A stretch of DNA of 64,000 nucleotides from an uncultured Phycisphaerales bacterium. GTDB taxonomy: Bacteria > Planctomycetota > Phycisphaerae > Tepidisphaerales > Tepidisphaeraceae. The position numbers and the translations under genes are program-made. This document shows, in pieces, positions 1-11,288 of the stretch. Position 1 is the stretch's first letter, and every line of letters begins with the position of its first letter. The stretch is from the NCBI GenBank assembly GCA_963844715.1, contig CAWJPJ010000006.1, positions 960,001 through 1,024,000 of the forward strand, in the 5' to 3' direction. The notes beneath the pieces are model-generated. The model ran no database searches. It was not told the DNA's origin and saw nothing but the letters and a program-made list of their open reading frames with translations.

Positions 1-9
1 TTCCCTCTC

Positions 10-858
10 TTAAGCGGCCGCGGACAGGAAGGACGACTGCGTCGCGCCGGCCTGACTTGGGGCGATCGCTTCATACTGCCGCAGAATGTCCGTCAAATCC
101 AATTCAGGCCGCTGGGTGGAAAACGCATAGTGGGCGAAGAGAACCTCGCCGAATATGCAGTTGGGACGGTTCAGGGCTCTGGGCTTGGGGACGGTGAGCC
201 AGTATTCTTCCGCCCGGTCCACCCGCCCCTCGAATTGCTTGAATTCGCGCCCCAACCATGAAATGCAGTTGATGCTGACCCGTTCAAAATCGTGCAAGAC
301 CCATTTCGGAAAACGGAAGCGGTCGACGTTTCCGCATTTGAGTTGAGACAGGAACTGCGTGTGCACGTAATGCGCAAAGTCGGGGCGCTTCCAACCCAGT
401 TCGGCCATGCACGAATAGTCGGTCCGGCCGAGGGCTTGGCCGACGGCGCCCTGGCTCTGGTGGATATACGACATGACGGCGTTGTTGACGACATTGCCGA
501 TGACCAGAAAATATTGGGGATTCGCAATTCGAAATTGGATCAGCCGGTCGATCGCGGCGCGTTCAATGTAAACAATGTCGTCGTCGAGGCGGACATAGAC
601 GGTGTTGTCATCCACACATTGACGAAAAAAAACATGAATCGAACAGACCCCGTCGAAGGGAATCGGTAAGGGGCGCGTTTCGATGAAATCATATTGCTCG
701 GCCAACGATTGCATATATTCGAGGTCGCCAGCGTCCTGGGTGTTGAGCCACAAGATCCAACGGTCGAACTCGCCGGCGCTTTTCGCGCGAATCAGGTACC
801 GGAGGAGGATTTCCAAGCACGATTTCCTGCCGCCGGGCGTCACGATCCACCGCTTCAT
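10..858 (-). CDS. Putative GT-A fold glycosyltransferase-like protein
   Basis: Intact 282-aa ORF; N-terminal IVTPGGR strand and YVRLDDDIVYI (DxD-type) motif. Confidence 0.6.
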   Translation of the reverse strand: MKRWIVTPGGRKSCLEILLRYLIRAKSAGEFDRWILWLNTQDAGDLEYMQSLAEQYDFIETRPLPIPFDGVCSIHVFFRQCVDDNTVYVRLDDDIVYIERAAIDRLIQFRIANPQYFLVIGNVVNNAVMSYIHQSQGAVGQALGRTDYSCMAELGWKRPDFAHYVHTQFLSQLKCGNVDRFRFPKWVLHDFERVSINCISWLGREFKQFEGRVDRAEEYWLTVPKPRALNRPNCIFGEVLFAHYAFSTQRPELDLTDILRQYEAIAPSQAGATQSSFLSAAA

Positions 859-1119
859 AGAAGGGTATATCGGCAGGCCCGGCGAATTTTGTGCGAGTCG
901 GAGGGCGATGGAGCCCGCCGCAGCGCCCCTGCGGCATTAGCTGACGGAATGATCAATGGGGTACTCCGATCATTTTTGGTGTTTCTGGCACAAAGCCGCC
1001 GATAGTTTGAGGATACGCTGCGATTCCACCCGGCAATGCGGCGCCGCCTGGGCAGCGTATCTGGCCGCCAACGAACGCCGACGAACTGGACGAATGCCGC
1101 AAATCATGAGCAAAGCGCC

Positions 1120-1932
1120 ATGATCGTCAAACCCTACTTGCAAATGGGGATCGGCAAGCTCCGCTTCTACCTGAACCACGCGCAGATTCCGACCCGTCCG
1201 GACGACATGGCGTTAATTCGATTGAAGAACCGCCATCGGGGGCGGCGATGTTTTGTCATCGGGACCGGGCCGAGCCTGCGCATGGCCGATTTGGAGCGCC
1301 TCGCCGAGCGCGGCGAACTTTGCCTCGCGTCCAATAATATTTTTCGAGCCTTCGACGCGACGCGCTGGCGGCCAACCTACTACGCCGTAGAGGACAACGA
1401 CCTGGCGACGAAATCCCGCGAGCAGATTAACCAGCTTGTGCATTGCCCCACGTTCATCCCCAAAAACCTGCTGCCGATTCTCGGGCGCACGCGCAACCGG
1501 ACGTGCTTTCGCTTTTTGAAGCGCGTAGCGCCGCCGGGTCACCCACGATTTTCACGCAATTTGCTCCGCGGGATCAACTGCGGAGGCACGGTCACTTACA
1601 CGTTGCTCCAAGTCGCGGCTTGGATGGGTGCCGCGGAGGCATATCTGCTCGGCGTCGATTTCTCATACGATCTGGGGGAACTGACGCTCACCGGCGAAAA
1701 TCGCAAGTTTCATACCTACGTCTATGCGACGCGCACGCGTCGCAACCATTTTGTTGCGGATTATTTCAAGGACGGCCAAACGATCCCCGCGCCGGATTTG
1801 GAGTGTTCCCTTCTTGCTTATCAAACGGCGCAGGTTCAATGTCACGAGACCGGCCGGATGAAGATTTTTAATGCCACGCGCGGCGGACGCCTGGAGGTCT
1901 TCCAACGCGTTGATTTCGATTCATTGATCTAA
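1120..1932 (+). CDS. DUF115 / Maf / MptE-like family protein (sialyltransferase-like fold)
   Basis: CFVIGTGPSL, LASNNIF, GGTVTY..LQVAAWMG..YLLGVDFSY and IFNATRGGRLEVF motifs. ATG 1120 chosen as start. Confidence 0.75.
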   Translation: MIVKPYLQMGIGKLRFYLNHAQIPTRPDDMALIRLKNRHRGRRCFVIGTGPSLRMADLERLAERGELCLASNNIFRAFDATRWRPTYYAVEDNDLATKSREQINQLVHCPTFIPKNLLPILGRTRNRTCFRFLKRVAPPGHPRFSRNLLRGINCGGTVTYTLLQVAAWMGAAEAYLLGVDFSYDLGELTLTGENRKFHTYVYATRTRRNHFVADYFKDGQTIPAPDLECSLLAYQTAQVQCHETGRMKIFNATRGGRLEVFQRVDFDSLI

Positions 1933-1948
1933 GCATCCGCCCGCAACG

Positions 1949-2930
1949 ATGACCTCCCTTATTCCAAACATCGCCGTCGGAGCAACCGCCGGGATCGGCC
2001 GGCGCGGCCAGCGCCTCTCCATCATGATTCCGACGTTTAACTGCGCCGCGTATTTGCGCGCACGCTGGCCTCCCTGCTGGAACAAAACGACAATATCGCC
2101 GACGCCCAGATCGTCATTGTGGATGACGCGTCCACCCAGGACGATCCGCGCCAGGCCGCGGAGGACGTCTGGCCCGGCCGGACGGATGTCATTCGCCAAT
2201 CGCGAAACGTCGGGCTTGTCGCCAATTTCAACCATTGCCTCGAGATTGCCGAACGTCCATGGGTACATATTCTTCACGGCGATGACGTGGCGCTTCCCAG
2301 AGCGTACGAGGAATTCGACCGCGTCACGTCTCTCTATCCGCACGCGCCCGCCATCTTCGGTCGCTCGGTCTTCATGGAAGCCCGGGGATTCTGGAAAGGG
2401 ACAACGCCGATTCTGGGCGACGACGAGCGCGGCATTTTGAATTACCGCCCGCTGGATTGGATCACCTGTCCGGTCCAGTGCGCCGGCGTTCTGGTTCGGC
2501 GTGACGAAATCCGAAAGCTCGGCGGCTTCGACCCTCATTTCACGCACGCCGCCGATTGGAATCTCTGGTGGCGCATTGCCAGAACCGGCCGCGCCGCCTT
2601 CACCAACCTGTGCGTCGGCGGTTACCGAATGTTCGAAGGCAATCACTCCTCCACCCTGCGCCGCAGCGGCGCCAATCTCGCGAGGGGATCGACCAGATCA
2701 ACCGCCTCAGTCCCGATTTGCCCGCCGATTCTTCGCCGCGAGAAATTTGGCGACCAATGGTCGAGCAAATCGCCCGACAATGCCGGAGTTTTGAAAATGA
2801 CCCGCAAGCGCTGGCCCAAAATCTGGCGCTGCTCGATTTGCTGCCCCCCGAGGCGATCTCCTGGCGCATTCGCTCCCAATTGCAACGACGATATTCGCGA
2901 TCGATAGGTTCAAGAAAGCACGCCGCATAA
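1949..2930 (+). CDS. Family 2 glycosyltransferase (two apparent indels, ~2060 and ~2680)
   Basis: LSIMIPTFN, IVIVDDASTQD, HILHGDD and ADWNLWWRIA motifs spread over three frames. Confidence 0.8.
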
Positions 2931-2935
2931 TTGCC

Positions 2936-3887
2936 ATGGCGCCGACGGTTTCCATCATCCTCTGCACACGAAACCGGGCGGCGAGATTGCGCACAACTTT
3001 AGAGACAATCGGGCGATGCCGGATTCCCGCCGATTTAGCCGCGGAATTGCTCATAGTCGACAACGGTTCGACAGACGAGACTCCCCAGGTTGTCCGCCAA
3101 TTCCATCTTCCCAACATGCCCGTGCGATATGTTTGTGAACCCACGCCCGGCCAGTCGCGCGCTCGTAACCGCGGCCTGGCGGAGGGGGACGGCAGCATCC
3201 TGCTCTTTACCGACGACGACGTGCGCGTTCCGCCCGATTGGATCGACGGAATGTGCCGGCCCATTCTCGAAGGCTCGGCCGATGCCATCGCCGGCGGTGT
3301 CCGTTTCCCGCCGGAATTGGATCGACAACTCCGCATGTGCAGAAGCTGGTTTGCCTCGACGGAGGATATCCTTCCGGATCGGCCGGATCGCTTCGTCGGC
3401 GCCAACATGGCTTTCAGCCGCGACGTCCTGGATCGAGTGGCCGCCTTCGAAGTCGAACTCGGCCCCGGCGCCCTCGGCTTCGGCGACGAAACCCTCTTCA
3501 GTTTCCAGCTTCGCCAGGCGGGGTATCGCCTCGTCACTCGCTTTGACGTGGCGGTTGAACACCATTTCGATCCGGCCCGATTGACCCGGTCAAAAATGCT
3601 CGAGGCGGCCCGCCAGATGGGCCGTTCCAAAGCCTACGTCGCCTACCACTGGCATCACGCCGATTTGCCCACTCGCATAAGTTTTCGAGCGCCGGAGCTG
3701 GTACGGATTTGGCTCGGCCGCCTGGCGCAATTCGGCCAAACCCCCCGCGCGGGAAATGAAGCGGATCGAATCAATCGAATTGCGCCGGCAATTCCTCCGC
3801 GAATCCCAACGGCCGCGTAATTATGCCAAACGCGGCCTCATCAAGCTCCACGGCGACCTGCCGACCATCCAACAATTGGTCCGATAA
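2936..3887 (+). CDS. Family 2 glycosyltransferase (indel ~3780)
   Basis: SIILCTRNRA, IVDNGSTD, FTDDD, GANMAF motifs; C-terminus continues in another frame to TAA 3887. Confidence 0.85.
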
Positions 3888-3981
3888 AAATTCACGTCAC
3901 GGGGACCGCACGCCCGATGATCTGCCACAAGGCCATGGACTGCGCCCAGGCTGCGTCGTTTGTCAGCCGCGAGGAGACGAG

Positions 3982-6109
3982 TTGAATCATGTCCAATCAC
4001 AACCGTCGTGGGTGCCTCTGGCGATGCTGTGCGCCAGGCTCGACAGCAACATCGGGGCCTTGCGCCGCGCGACCCAAAACTCGCCCAGGATTTGCAATCG
4101 CACCAGCCCCGCCAGACCTATTGCATCCAAACAGCGGGCGACAATCTCGTGGTCGGCGTGCAGACGGCAGATTCCGTCCGCCCCCTCCCGCAAACGCTTC
4201 CTCCGGCCAGGGCGCTCCAGATCACGGCTCAGATTTACCCCGAGGGCCGCTACAACCAAAGCCTTTTAATCGCCGACGAAGACCTCGGCTGGCTTTGCAA
4301 TCGCGTCTATCAACTTCCCAACGAATCGTATCAAACGCACAAATGGCCCCTCTATCTCGTCTTCCGCGACCTCGAGCGGTTCTGGATGATCCTGCATATC
4401 CATGATTGGCATGAGTTGGTGACCGACCTGCGCGTCCGCCTATTTGTCGGCGAAGACGCTCCCGATCGATTTCGCCGCAGCTTGACCGAAGATCTCTCCT
4501 CCCCTTGGCCGTCGAATTCCGTCGTGGCCGATCCGACGAACTGGCCCGAGGGCGAATCGGCTGCCGAGTTGCTTCGGGCCGCCGCTGAAGATCTGGATAA
4601 AAAACAGGCCCGGCTCAAGCAGCAATCGCGCGCGATCTTCGCCGATCGCACGCCGGGATCTTTCCTCGACAAAATCAAGACCAATCAGCCGCTGAAAGTC
4701 ATGGGCGTCTGCACCCGCCATTCGGTTTTCGTTCGCTACTCGATGCGCGACTGGCTCGAGGCGTTCGAGCGCCTCGGCCATCGCACGCACCTCGTCACGG
4801 AAACCGCCGATTATCAGATCGTCAGCGCAACCGCCGTTTCCCAGGCCCTGGTCGACTTTAAGCCCGACCTGGTCCTGATGATCAATCACTACCGCGCGGA
4901 AATGGGAGTCGTTCCGGATCAGGTGCCTTTCGTCATGTGGGCGCAGGATTGGTGTGACAACATCACCTGTTCGACCGCCGGCGCAGTGCAGGGGCCGATG
5001 GATTATGTCCTCGGGCACAACCCGATGCGAATGGCCCACGCCCACGGATATCCGATCAGTCGATACCTCCCGGCGGTGGTGGCCGTCAACGACGCGCGAT
5101 TTCAACCCCGCCCGCTGACTGCCGCCGAATTGACGGAATACGCCTGCGACGTCTCCTTTGTGAGCAACGCCGGCATTCCGGCGCGGACGCTCTTGGACCA
5201 GGAAATCCGCCGCATCGGCTCCCCCGAATTCGGCCGAGCTCTGAACTTGATCTTCGCCGAACTCGAATCGGTCTATCAAAACGGCGGCTCGATCACCCAA
5301 ATCGGCGGCATCACTCCGATGCTCGTTCGCCATTTGAAAGCGGCCGGGATTGGGCTTGCGCGTGAACAGTTTCGCGCCCTGGTCGATTTCTTCTCCCATT
5401 CGATCAACAGCGCGCTCTTCCGCCACCAGGCGCTGCAATGGGTCGCCGACCTCGGCGTCGATCTGCGCATTTACGGGCGCGGCTGGGATCGCCATCCGAC
5501 GCTTTCGCGCTTTGCCCGCGGCGTCGCCGACAATCTCAACCAACTGCCTCTGATCTATCAGGCGAGCAAAATCAATCTTCAGATCAGCCCGCATGGGGTG
5601 ATGCACCAGCGCGTCATGGAGAGCCTGGCCGCCGGCGGGTTTTTTCTTTTTCGCAGTTGCTCGGGCGACCAGGTCGGCCGGCATTTTAAAGCCGTTTTGG
5701 ATTGGTGCGCCGCCAATCAGATCACCGACGACGAAATGTTGCGCAGCGCGCCCCCCAACCGATTCAGGACCATCTTTCCGAGATCGCGCGCCTGCTGCAT
5801 CGCGATCCGTTCGACAAGCAAACCTTCGGCTTCGTGCCGTACCTGCAATTCCACGCTAAACACGGCTATCTCGAACTGGCCGACCTCCTCTGGGGAGACG
5901 ACGCCCAGGCGGTCAGCTTCGATTCAGCAAGCGAACTGGCCGCCAAAGTCCGATATTTTCTTCCGAATCCGGCCGAGCGATCCCGCGGAATCGAGTCGAT
6001 GCGCCGGCCTGTCATGGACCGATATACCTATCTGGCCACCGTCCGCAGGCTGCTGAATTTCATCGCCGCCGACCTGGCCGGGCAGTCCCAAGCGAAAACG
6101 GCGGCATGA
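3982..6109 (+). CDS. Maf-like N-terminus plus CgeB/Glyco_trans_1_2-type glycosyltransferase (indels ~4070, ~5755)
   Basis: GAGGAG RBS before TTG 3982; NIGAL..RDPKLA N-terminus; C-terminal CDVSFVSN, LRIYGRGW, IYQASKINL, HQRVMESLAAGGF motifs. Confidence 0.65.
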
Positions 6110-7335
6110 AAACCTCACTCCAATCGTTCGCCGACGACGACGCCCCCCTAGTGACTTTCGTCATCGCGACCCACAATCGCCGCGCCGTGTTGTTGCAAAC
6201 CCTCCAGCGCCTTCTCTCGACCTCAGACATAAGTCAGACAAGCGAATCAACAGCCATTCGGTCCGAGATCATTCTCGTCGACAACGCCTCGACGGACGGG
6301 ACCGCCGACGCCGTCGCCGCGCGATTCCCCGCCGTTCGCATTCTCCGCCAGGCGCGCAATCGCGGCGCCTCCGCCAAAAATGCCGGAATCCCCATCGCCT
6401 GCGGACAATTCATCGTCTTTCTCGACGACGACTCCTATCCCAAGCCCAACTCCACGCGGCGGATGGTTCAGTATTTTCGCGCCCATGCCGATCTCGGCGC
6501 CGTCGTCTTCGACGTCGTCCTCAAGGACGGCTCCCACGAGTGCTCCGCCTTTCCCACCGTCTTCATCGGATGCGGCGCCGGCTTCCGCCGCGAAGCACTC
6601 GATCAGGTCGGCGGACTCCCCGACGATTTTTTCTACCAGGCCGAGGAATATGACCTCTCCCTGCGATTGCTGGAAGCCGGCTGGGACATTCAGCGCCACG
6701 ATGACCTCCAGGTGCTGCATCTTAAAACCAAAACCGGACGCTGCCCCGCGCGCACCACGCGATTGGACGTGCGCAATAACTTCACGCTCATCACCCGCTA
6801 TTTCCCGCGGCGTTGGATTCTCCCCTTTGCCATCACCTGGATGCGCCGCTATCGCTGGATCGCCCAAACCAAAAGCTGGCGGCACCGCCCGGCGTTCTGG
6901 CTCGGGCTCGCCCAGGGCATCGGCCGCTCCCTTCGCCCGGGGCATCGAAGACCCGTCTCCGAAGCCGCTTTCGAGCGCTTTGCGATGATCCGCATGATCC
7001 ACGAGCGCATGAAACAACTCACCGGCGACGGCTGCCGATCCGTTCTCTTTATCGATGTAGGAAAAAATATTTTGCCCTTTTGGCTGGCCGCGCGAGCCTG
7101 CGACCTGCGCGTCGCCGCCATCGCGGACAACACGCTCGCCAAAAAACGCCGTCGCTTCCACGGCATTCCGATCGTCGACGACGCCAGCGCCGCCCGCCTT
7201 CAATTCGACGTCGCCATCATCGCAAACGTCTCGCCCGTTCATGTCGCCCAGCGGCTGGCGGAGATGCGCGGGCTCTTGGTTCAGCCGGTCGTTGATCTAC
7301 TGGAACCGCCGAAACCCATCGCGATGGTCGCCTGA
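6106..7335 (+). CDS. Family 2 glycosyltransferase with C-terminal Rossmann-like extension
   Basis: VTFVIATHNR, VDNASTDGT, FLDDDS, AEEYDLSLR motifs; ATGA overlap with the upstream gene. Confidence 0.85.
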   Translation: MKTSLQSFADDDAPLVTFVIATHNRRAVLLQTLQRLLSTSDISQTSESTAIRSEIILVDNASTDGTADAVAARFPAVRILRQARNRGASAKNAGIPIACGQFIVFLDDDSYPKPNSTRRMVQYFRAHADLGAVVFDVVLKDGSHECSAFPTVFIGCGAGFRREALDQVGGLPDDFFYQAEEYDLSLRLLEAGWDIQRHDDLQVLHLKTKTGRCPARTTRLDVRNNFTLITRYFPRRWILPFAITWMRRYRWIAQTKSWRHRPAFWLGLAQGIGRSLRPGHRRPVSEAAFERFAMIRMIHERMKQLTGDGCRSVLFIDVGKNILPFWLAARACDLRVAAIADNTLAKKRRRFHGIPIVDDASAARLQFDVAIIANVSPVHVAQRLAEMRGLLVQPVVDLLEPPKPIAMVA

Positions 7336-7353
7336 ACCGCCGCGTGTCAGCTT

Positions 7354-7989
7354 ATGCAAACGTGCGATGCCCCCCAACCCGTTGAAGTCGCCGGGCTCAC
7401 GCTCTTCGGCCTGGGTCACACCGACGAATTGCTGATGCGCCTGCCGGTGCGAAAGCACATCGTGCCCGTTGCGCTTCACCGCCTCCCCGAGCCCGCGTGT
7501 TACGCCGAGTTTCGCTTTTTTCTGCGCCCCGTCCCGGTCACCACCGACTACGTCGGCTTCGTCTCCTGCCGCTGGTCAGAAAAATTCCCGGCCGCGACGC
7601 CGATCGATCAGCTCCATCAATTGCCCCTCTCGCCAAACTGCGTCTACGCCCCCTCCCCCACCGGCGGAATTGACTGGGTCGCGCACAGCAACCATGTCCA
7701 CCCCGGCCTGGCCGCCCTGATCCCCGAGCTAGCCGCCGCCATGGGCATCGCGCTCCTGCCCAAAGCTCCCACACTCTGGACCGGCAACTTCATTTGCCAC
7801 CGCCAAATATGGGAGTCCTACCAAACGGCATTCATCGCCGCCTCCCAATACGCCGCCCAAGGCTGGCGCACCGACCCGCCATTCAGCGTCGGCCGTTACG
7901 ATCCAACCCGCAAAGTCGCCTACCTCATGGAACGAGCCACAATGGCCTACTTCGCATCAAGGTCAGATTTGAAAATCGTGAAGATCTGA
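7354..7989 (+). CDS. Hypothetical protein, possibly glycan-related (DUF4422-like)
   Basis: 211-aa ORF in operon orientation with YAE, DYVGFVS and AYLMER segments. Confidence 0.5.
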   Translation: MQTCDAPQPVEVAGLTLFGLGHTDELLMRLPVRKHIVPVALHRLPEPACYAEFRFFLRPVPVTTDYVGFVSCRWSEKFPAATPIDQLHQLPLSPNCVYAPSPTGGIDWVAHSNHVHPGLAALIPELAAAMGIALLPKAPTLWTGNFICHRQIWESYQTAFIAASQYAAQGWRTDPPFSVGRYDPTRKVAYLMERATMAYFASRSDLKIVKI

Positions 7990-8013
7990 GCGAACCGCCA
8001 ACTGCCTGATTAC

Positions 8014-8056
8014 CCAAAATCGGAATGACAAGACACCCGTTGACCTTTCCTGCGTT
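8014..8056 (+). repeat. Left att-like repeat, copy 1
   Basis: ccaaaatcggaatgacaagacacccgttgacctttcctgcgtt; 38/43 identical to 11342-11384; begins with the antisense tRNA-Pro 3' end (aaaatcggNNtga). Confidence 0.8.
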
Positions 8057-8346
8057 TTCTAAGCGGAAACAAGGTTCGATGCGCTCCCATTTGGAATTTG
8101 ACTTCAGGCGAAATAGGCGAGTTCGACATCCCGTCACTCCCTGCCCGTCCGGGCAGTTTGGCTGCGGCTTGTTCGGTAGGTTGCCCACGTAGAGCCGCGC
8201 TCAGTTCGGCCCCGCGCCGGCAGAACCTTCGGGCTCCAGTCCAGTCCCACCCGCTCGGGAAACTCGCCGCAAGCAGGCGGAGGGGTAAGGGAATCCGGGT
8301 TATCTGAGCCGCGGGCGCGACATCCGTCCACATACAACTCGGTCCG

Positions 8347-8374
8347 TTGTCCATGCGAAGATTGGTGGTATATT
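8347..8374 (+). promoter_or_regulatory. Sigma70-type promoter for gad
   Basis: TTGTCC-16 nt-TATATT with extended -10 TG, about 60 nt upstream of ATG 8437. Confidence 0.5.
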
Positions 8375-8436
8375 GTGCCTGAAATCGCTTGGTCCGCACA
8401 AGCGCAAAATCCAACCCCCTATCAGGCAAATCAATC

Positions 8437-9819
8437 ATGGCTCTCTCGACTGCACTACCAGGCGATCACAACGAAGATATCTTCGCCTCCGAGGACTTGG
8501 CCAACCCGCTTCCGAAAAAGCATTTTCCGCGCCATCAGCGGGATCCGCGGCGAATTTACCAGGCGGTGCGCGACGAACTGCTTCTGGATGGGAACTCGCG
8601 GCAGAACCTGGCCACGTTTTGCCAAACCTGGATCGAGCCGGAGGTCCGCCAGCTTCTGGACGATTGCATTGACAAGAACATGGTCGATAAGGATGAGTAT
8701 CCGCAGACCGCGGAAATCGAGAACCGCTGCGCGCATATGTTGGCGAACCTCTGGAACTCGCCGGATGCGGCGGCTTCAGTCGGCTGCTCGACCACCGGTT
8801 CGAGCGAAGCGGCGATGCTGGGCGGCATGGCCATGAAATGGCGCTGGCGCGCGATTCGCAAGGCGGCGGGAAAACCCGCCGAACGTCCCAATCTCATCAC
8901 CGGTCCGGTGCAGATCTGCTGGCATAAATTCGCCCGTTACTGGGACGTCGAACTTCGCGAAATCCCGATGGAAGAGGGCCGGCTGCTCATGAACCCGCAG
9001 GAGGTGCTTGCCCGCTGTGATGAAAACACCATCGGCGTCGTGCCCACCCTGGGGGTCACATTCGACGGACGCTACGAACCGGTCAAGGCAGTCGCCGATG
9101 CCTTGGATGAATTTCAAAAGGAGTCGGGGCTCGATATTCCCATCCACGTGGACGCCGCCAGCGGCGGTTTTCTTGCTCCGTTCTGCGCGCCCGACCTGGT
9201 GTGGGATTTTCGCCTGCCGCGCGTGAAGTCAATCAACACTTCGGGCCATAAATACGGACTGGCTCCGCTGGGCTGCGGATGGGTTGTGTGGCGCCAGCGA
9301 AGTGATTTGCCCGAGGATCTGATCTTCAACGTCAATTATCTCGGCGGCAACATGCCGACGTTCGCCTTAAATTTCTCGCGGCCGGGCGGACAAGTCATAG
9401 CGCAGTACTACAACTTTGTACGGCTCGGGCGCGATGGATACACCCAGGTGCAGTCCGCCTGCTATCGGACCGCGCAGTATCTGGCCAAAGAGATCGCCGC
9501 CCTGGGCCCCTTCGAGATGATCTTCGACGGCGACCCCGTCGGCGGCATTCCAGCCATTTGCTGGAGGATTCCCAAAGGAATAAACCCCGGCTACACCCTT
9601 TACGATCTGGCCGAGCGGCTGACTTTGCGCGGCTGGCAGGTGCCCGCCTATTCCCTGCCGGCGAATCAGCAGGACACGGTTGTGCAGCGGATTATCATTC
9701 GCCTGGGAGTCAGCCGCGATATGGCGGGGCTGCTGGTCGACAATTTCAGGGCCGCCGTCGACTTCCTGACCACGCATCCGACCATGCGTCAGCCGGACGG
9801 CACCGCGTTTCATCACTGA
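8437..9819 (+). CDS. gadB: Glutamate decarboxylase (PLP-dependent, group II)
   Basis: [42 protein letters not shown] (PLP lysine), [14 protein letters not shown]. Confidence 0.95.
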   Translation: MALSTALPGDHNEDIFASEDLANPLPKKHFPRHQRDPRRIYQAVRDELLLDGNSRQNLATFCQTWIEPEVRQLLDDCIDKNMVDKDEYPQTAEIENRCAHMLANLWNSPDAAASVGCSTTGSSEAAMLGGMAMKWRWRAIRKAAGKPAERPNLITGPVQICWHKFARYWDVELREIPMEEGRLLMNPQEVLARCDENTIGVVPTLGVTFDGRYEPVKAVADALDEFQKESGLDIPIHVDAASGGFLAPFCAPDLVWDFRLPRVKSINTSGHKYGLAPLGCGWVVWRQRSDLPEDLIFNVNYLGGNMPTFALNFSRPGGQVIAQYYNFVRLGRDGYTQVQSACYRTAQYLAKEIAALGPFEMIFDGDPVGGIPAICWRIPKGINPGYTLYDLAERLTLRGWQVPAYSLPANQQDTVVQRIIIRLGVSRDMAGLLVDNFRAAVDFLTTHPTMRQPDGTAFHH

Positions 9820-9843
9820 TTGAAGAATGGAACCGGTTTCACA

Positions 9844-11139
9844 ATGAATCTCAAGTCAGGTTTTCTGCCTTGGTTGATCTGGGTTTTGGCGGCGGTGTTC
9901 GTGGTCTTTAACTACGTTCAACAGGTCGTCCCCAATGTCATTGCCGTTGATTTAAGTCAAGCGTTTAACGCAAGTGGGAGCACGCTGGGAAATATTGCCG
10001 CCGCTTATTTCTATGCGTACGCGCTTCTGCAAATTCCGGTTGGGCTAATCGTGGATCGCTTCGGCACGCGCTGGCCGCTGGTTATTGCAATCCTCGCGGC
10101 CGGCATCGGTACGCTTGGATTCGCCCGAGCGCATGATTCCGGCAGCGCGCAGCTTGCCCGATTGCTTATGGGCGCTAGCGCCGCTTTCTCGTTCATCGGT
10201 TGCCTGAAATTGGCGCAGGCATGGTTCCCGCCATCGAAGTTTTCCACTTTGGCTGGGATGACAAATACGGCAGGAATGCTCGGCGCCGCCAGCGGCGCGC
10301 CTGTCGCGGTGCTGGTAAAAGCAATCGGCTGGCGCGCGGCAGTGGCTTGGATGGGCGGCGCGGAGATGGTTCTGGCGATCCTTGTTTTCGCGGTGGTTCG
10401 TGATCGTCCGGCGGACAAGGGCTCATCCCCAGCCACGCATCCATCCGCAAAAACATCTGAAAGATTGCTTGGCGTGCTGGCCGATCCGCAGGTGTGGATC
10501 AATGGCATATACGCGACGACCATCAGCCTGGTGTTTGTGGCTTTTGGCGGACTTTGGGGCGCGGGCTACATCCAAAAGGTTTATGGTTTGGACACGGTGG
10601 GCGCTGCCGGCGCCGGGTCTTATCTGTTCCTTGGCGGCATCGCAGGAAGTCTGTTCTTCGGCTGGTTTTCCGACTATCTCGGGCGGCGGAAAATCCCGAT
10701 GGTTGTGGCCGGCGTTGGGGCGCTGGCCGCCATGTCCGGACTGCTTTATCTGCCAGGACTGCCGCTGGTTGAATTTAAGGCGGGGCTTTTTCTGGTGGGA
10801 TGTTTCAGCAGCGCTAACATTATTTCCTATGCGGTTGCCCGCGATCTCTATCCGAGGCTGGCCGGCTTTTCGATTGGATTCTTAAGCACCTGTTATTTCG
10901 CCGGCAGCGCGGCGTCGCAGCCGCTGGTCGGAATGCTGCTTGAGCGCGGCCACTCCAACGGCAGCGTTACGGGACTTGCCGCCTTGACCGTGGGCGACTA
11001 TCGCTTTGCCCTATCGCCGCTGGTGGGATTTATGTTTGTGGGATTAATTGCCTCGTTGCTGCTGAAGGAACCTTCAACGGAGAACATAGCCGCGACCTCG
11101 TCGGTTTCCCTAAAGACCGCGGATGTTGGCCAGTCGTAG
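9844..11139 (+). CDS. MFS transporter
   Basis: About 12 hydrophobic segments; motif A GLIVDRFGTR and GWFSDYLGRRK. Confidence 0.9.
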   Translation: MNLKSGFLPWLIWVLAAVFVVFNYVQQVVPNVIAVDLSQAFNASGSTLGNIAAAYFYAYALLQIPVGLIVDRFGTRWPLVIAILAAGIGTLGFARAHDSGSAQLARLLMGASAAFSFIGCLKLAQAWFPPSKFSTLAGMTNTAGMLGAASGAPVAVLVKAIGWRAAVAWMGGAEMVLAILVFAVVRDRPADKGSSPATHPSAKTSERLLGVLADPQVWINGIYATTISLVFVAFGGLWGAGYIQKVYGLDTVGAAGAGSYLFLGGIAGSLFFGWFSDYLGRRKIPMVVAGVGALAAMSGLLYLPGLPLVEFKAGLFLVGCFSSANIISYAVARDLYPRLAGFSIGFLSTCYFAGSAASQPLVGMLLERGHSNGSVTGLAALTVGDYRFALSPLVGFMFVGLIASLLLKEPSTENIAATSSVSLKTADVGQS

Positions 11140-11189
11140 GGAAAGACTGGAGCGCATCAATCCAAGAGGTACAGTCCCACCTGGACATT

Positions 11190-11288
11190 AGGCTCAATGG
11201 CGCAACGCTCGGTTTTGAAATGAGGAAGCCCTTCAACGCGCTGGCCAAAGGGCTCGTTGTCCCGTCAAATTGGAGTGATAGGATTTGA
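11190..11288 (+). pseudogene. Probable C-terminal relic of a tRNA-Pro-targeting large serine recombinase
   Basis: Reads RLNGATLGFEMRKPFNALAKGLVVPSNWSDRI*, with no start codon in frame before it, and ends inside the tRNA-like att sequence. Resembles recombinase C-termini recalled from planctomycetes (not verified by search). Confidence 0.55.
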
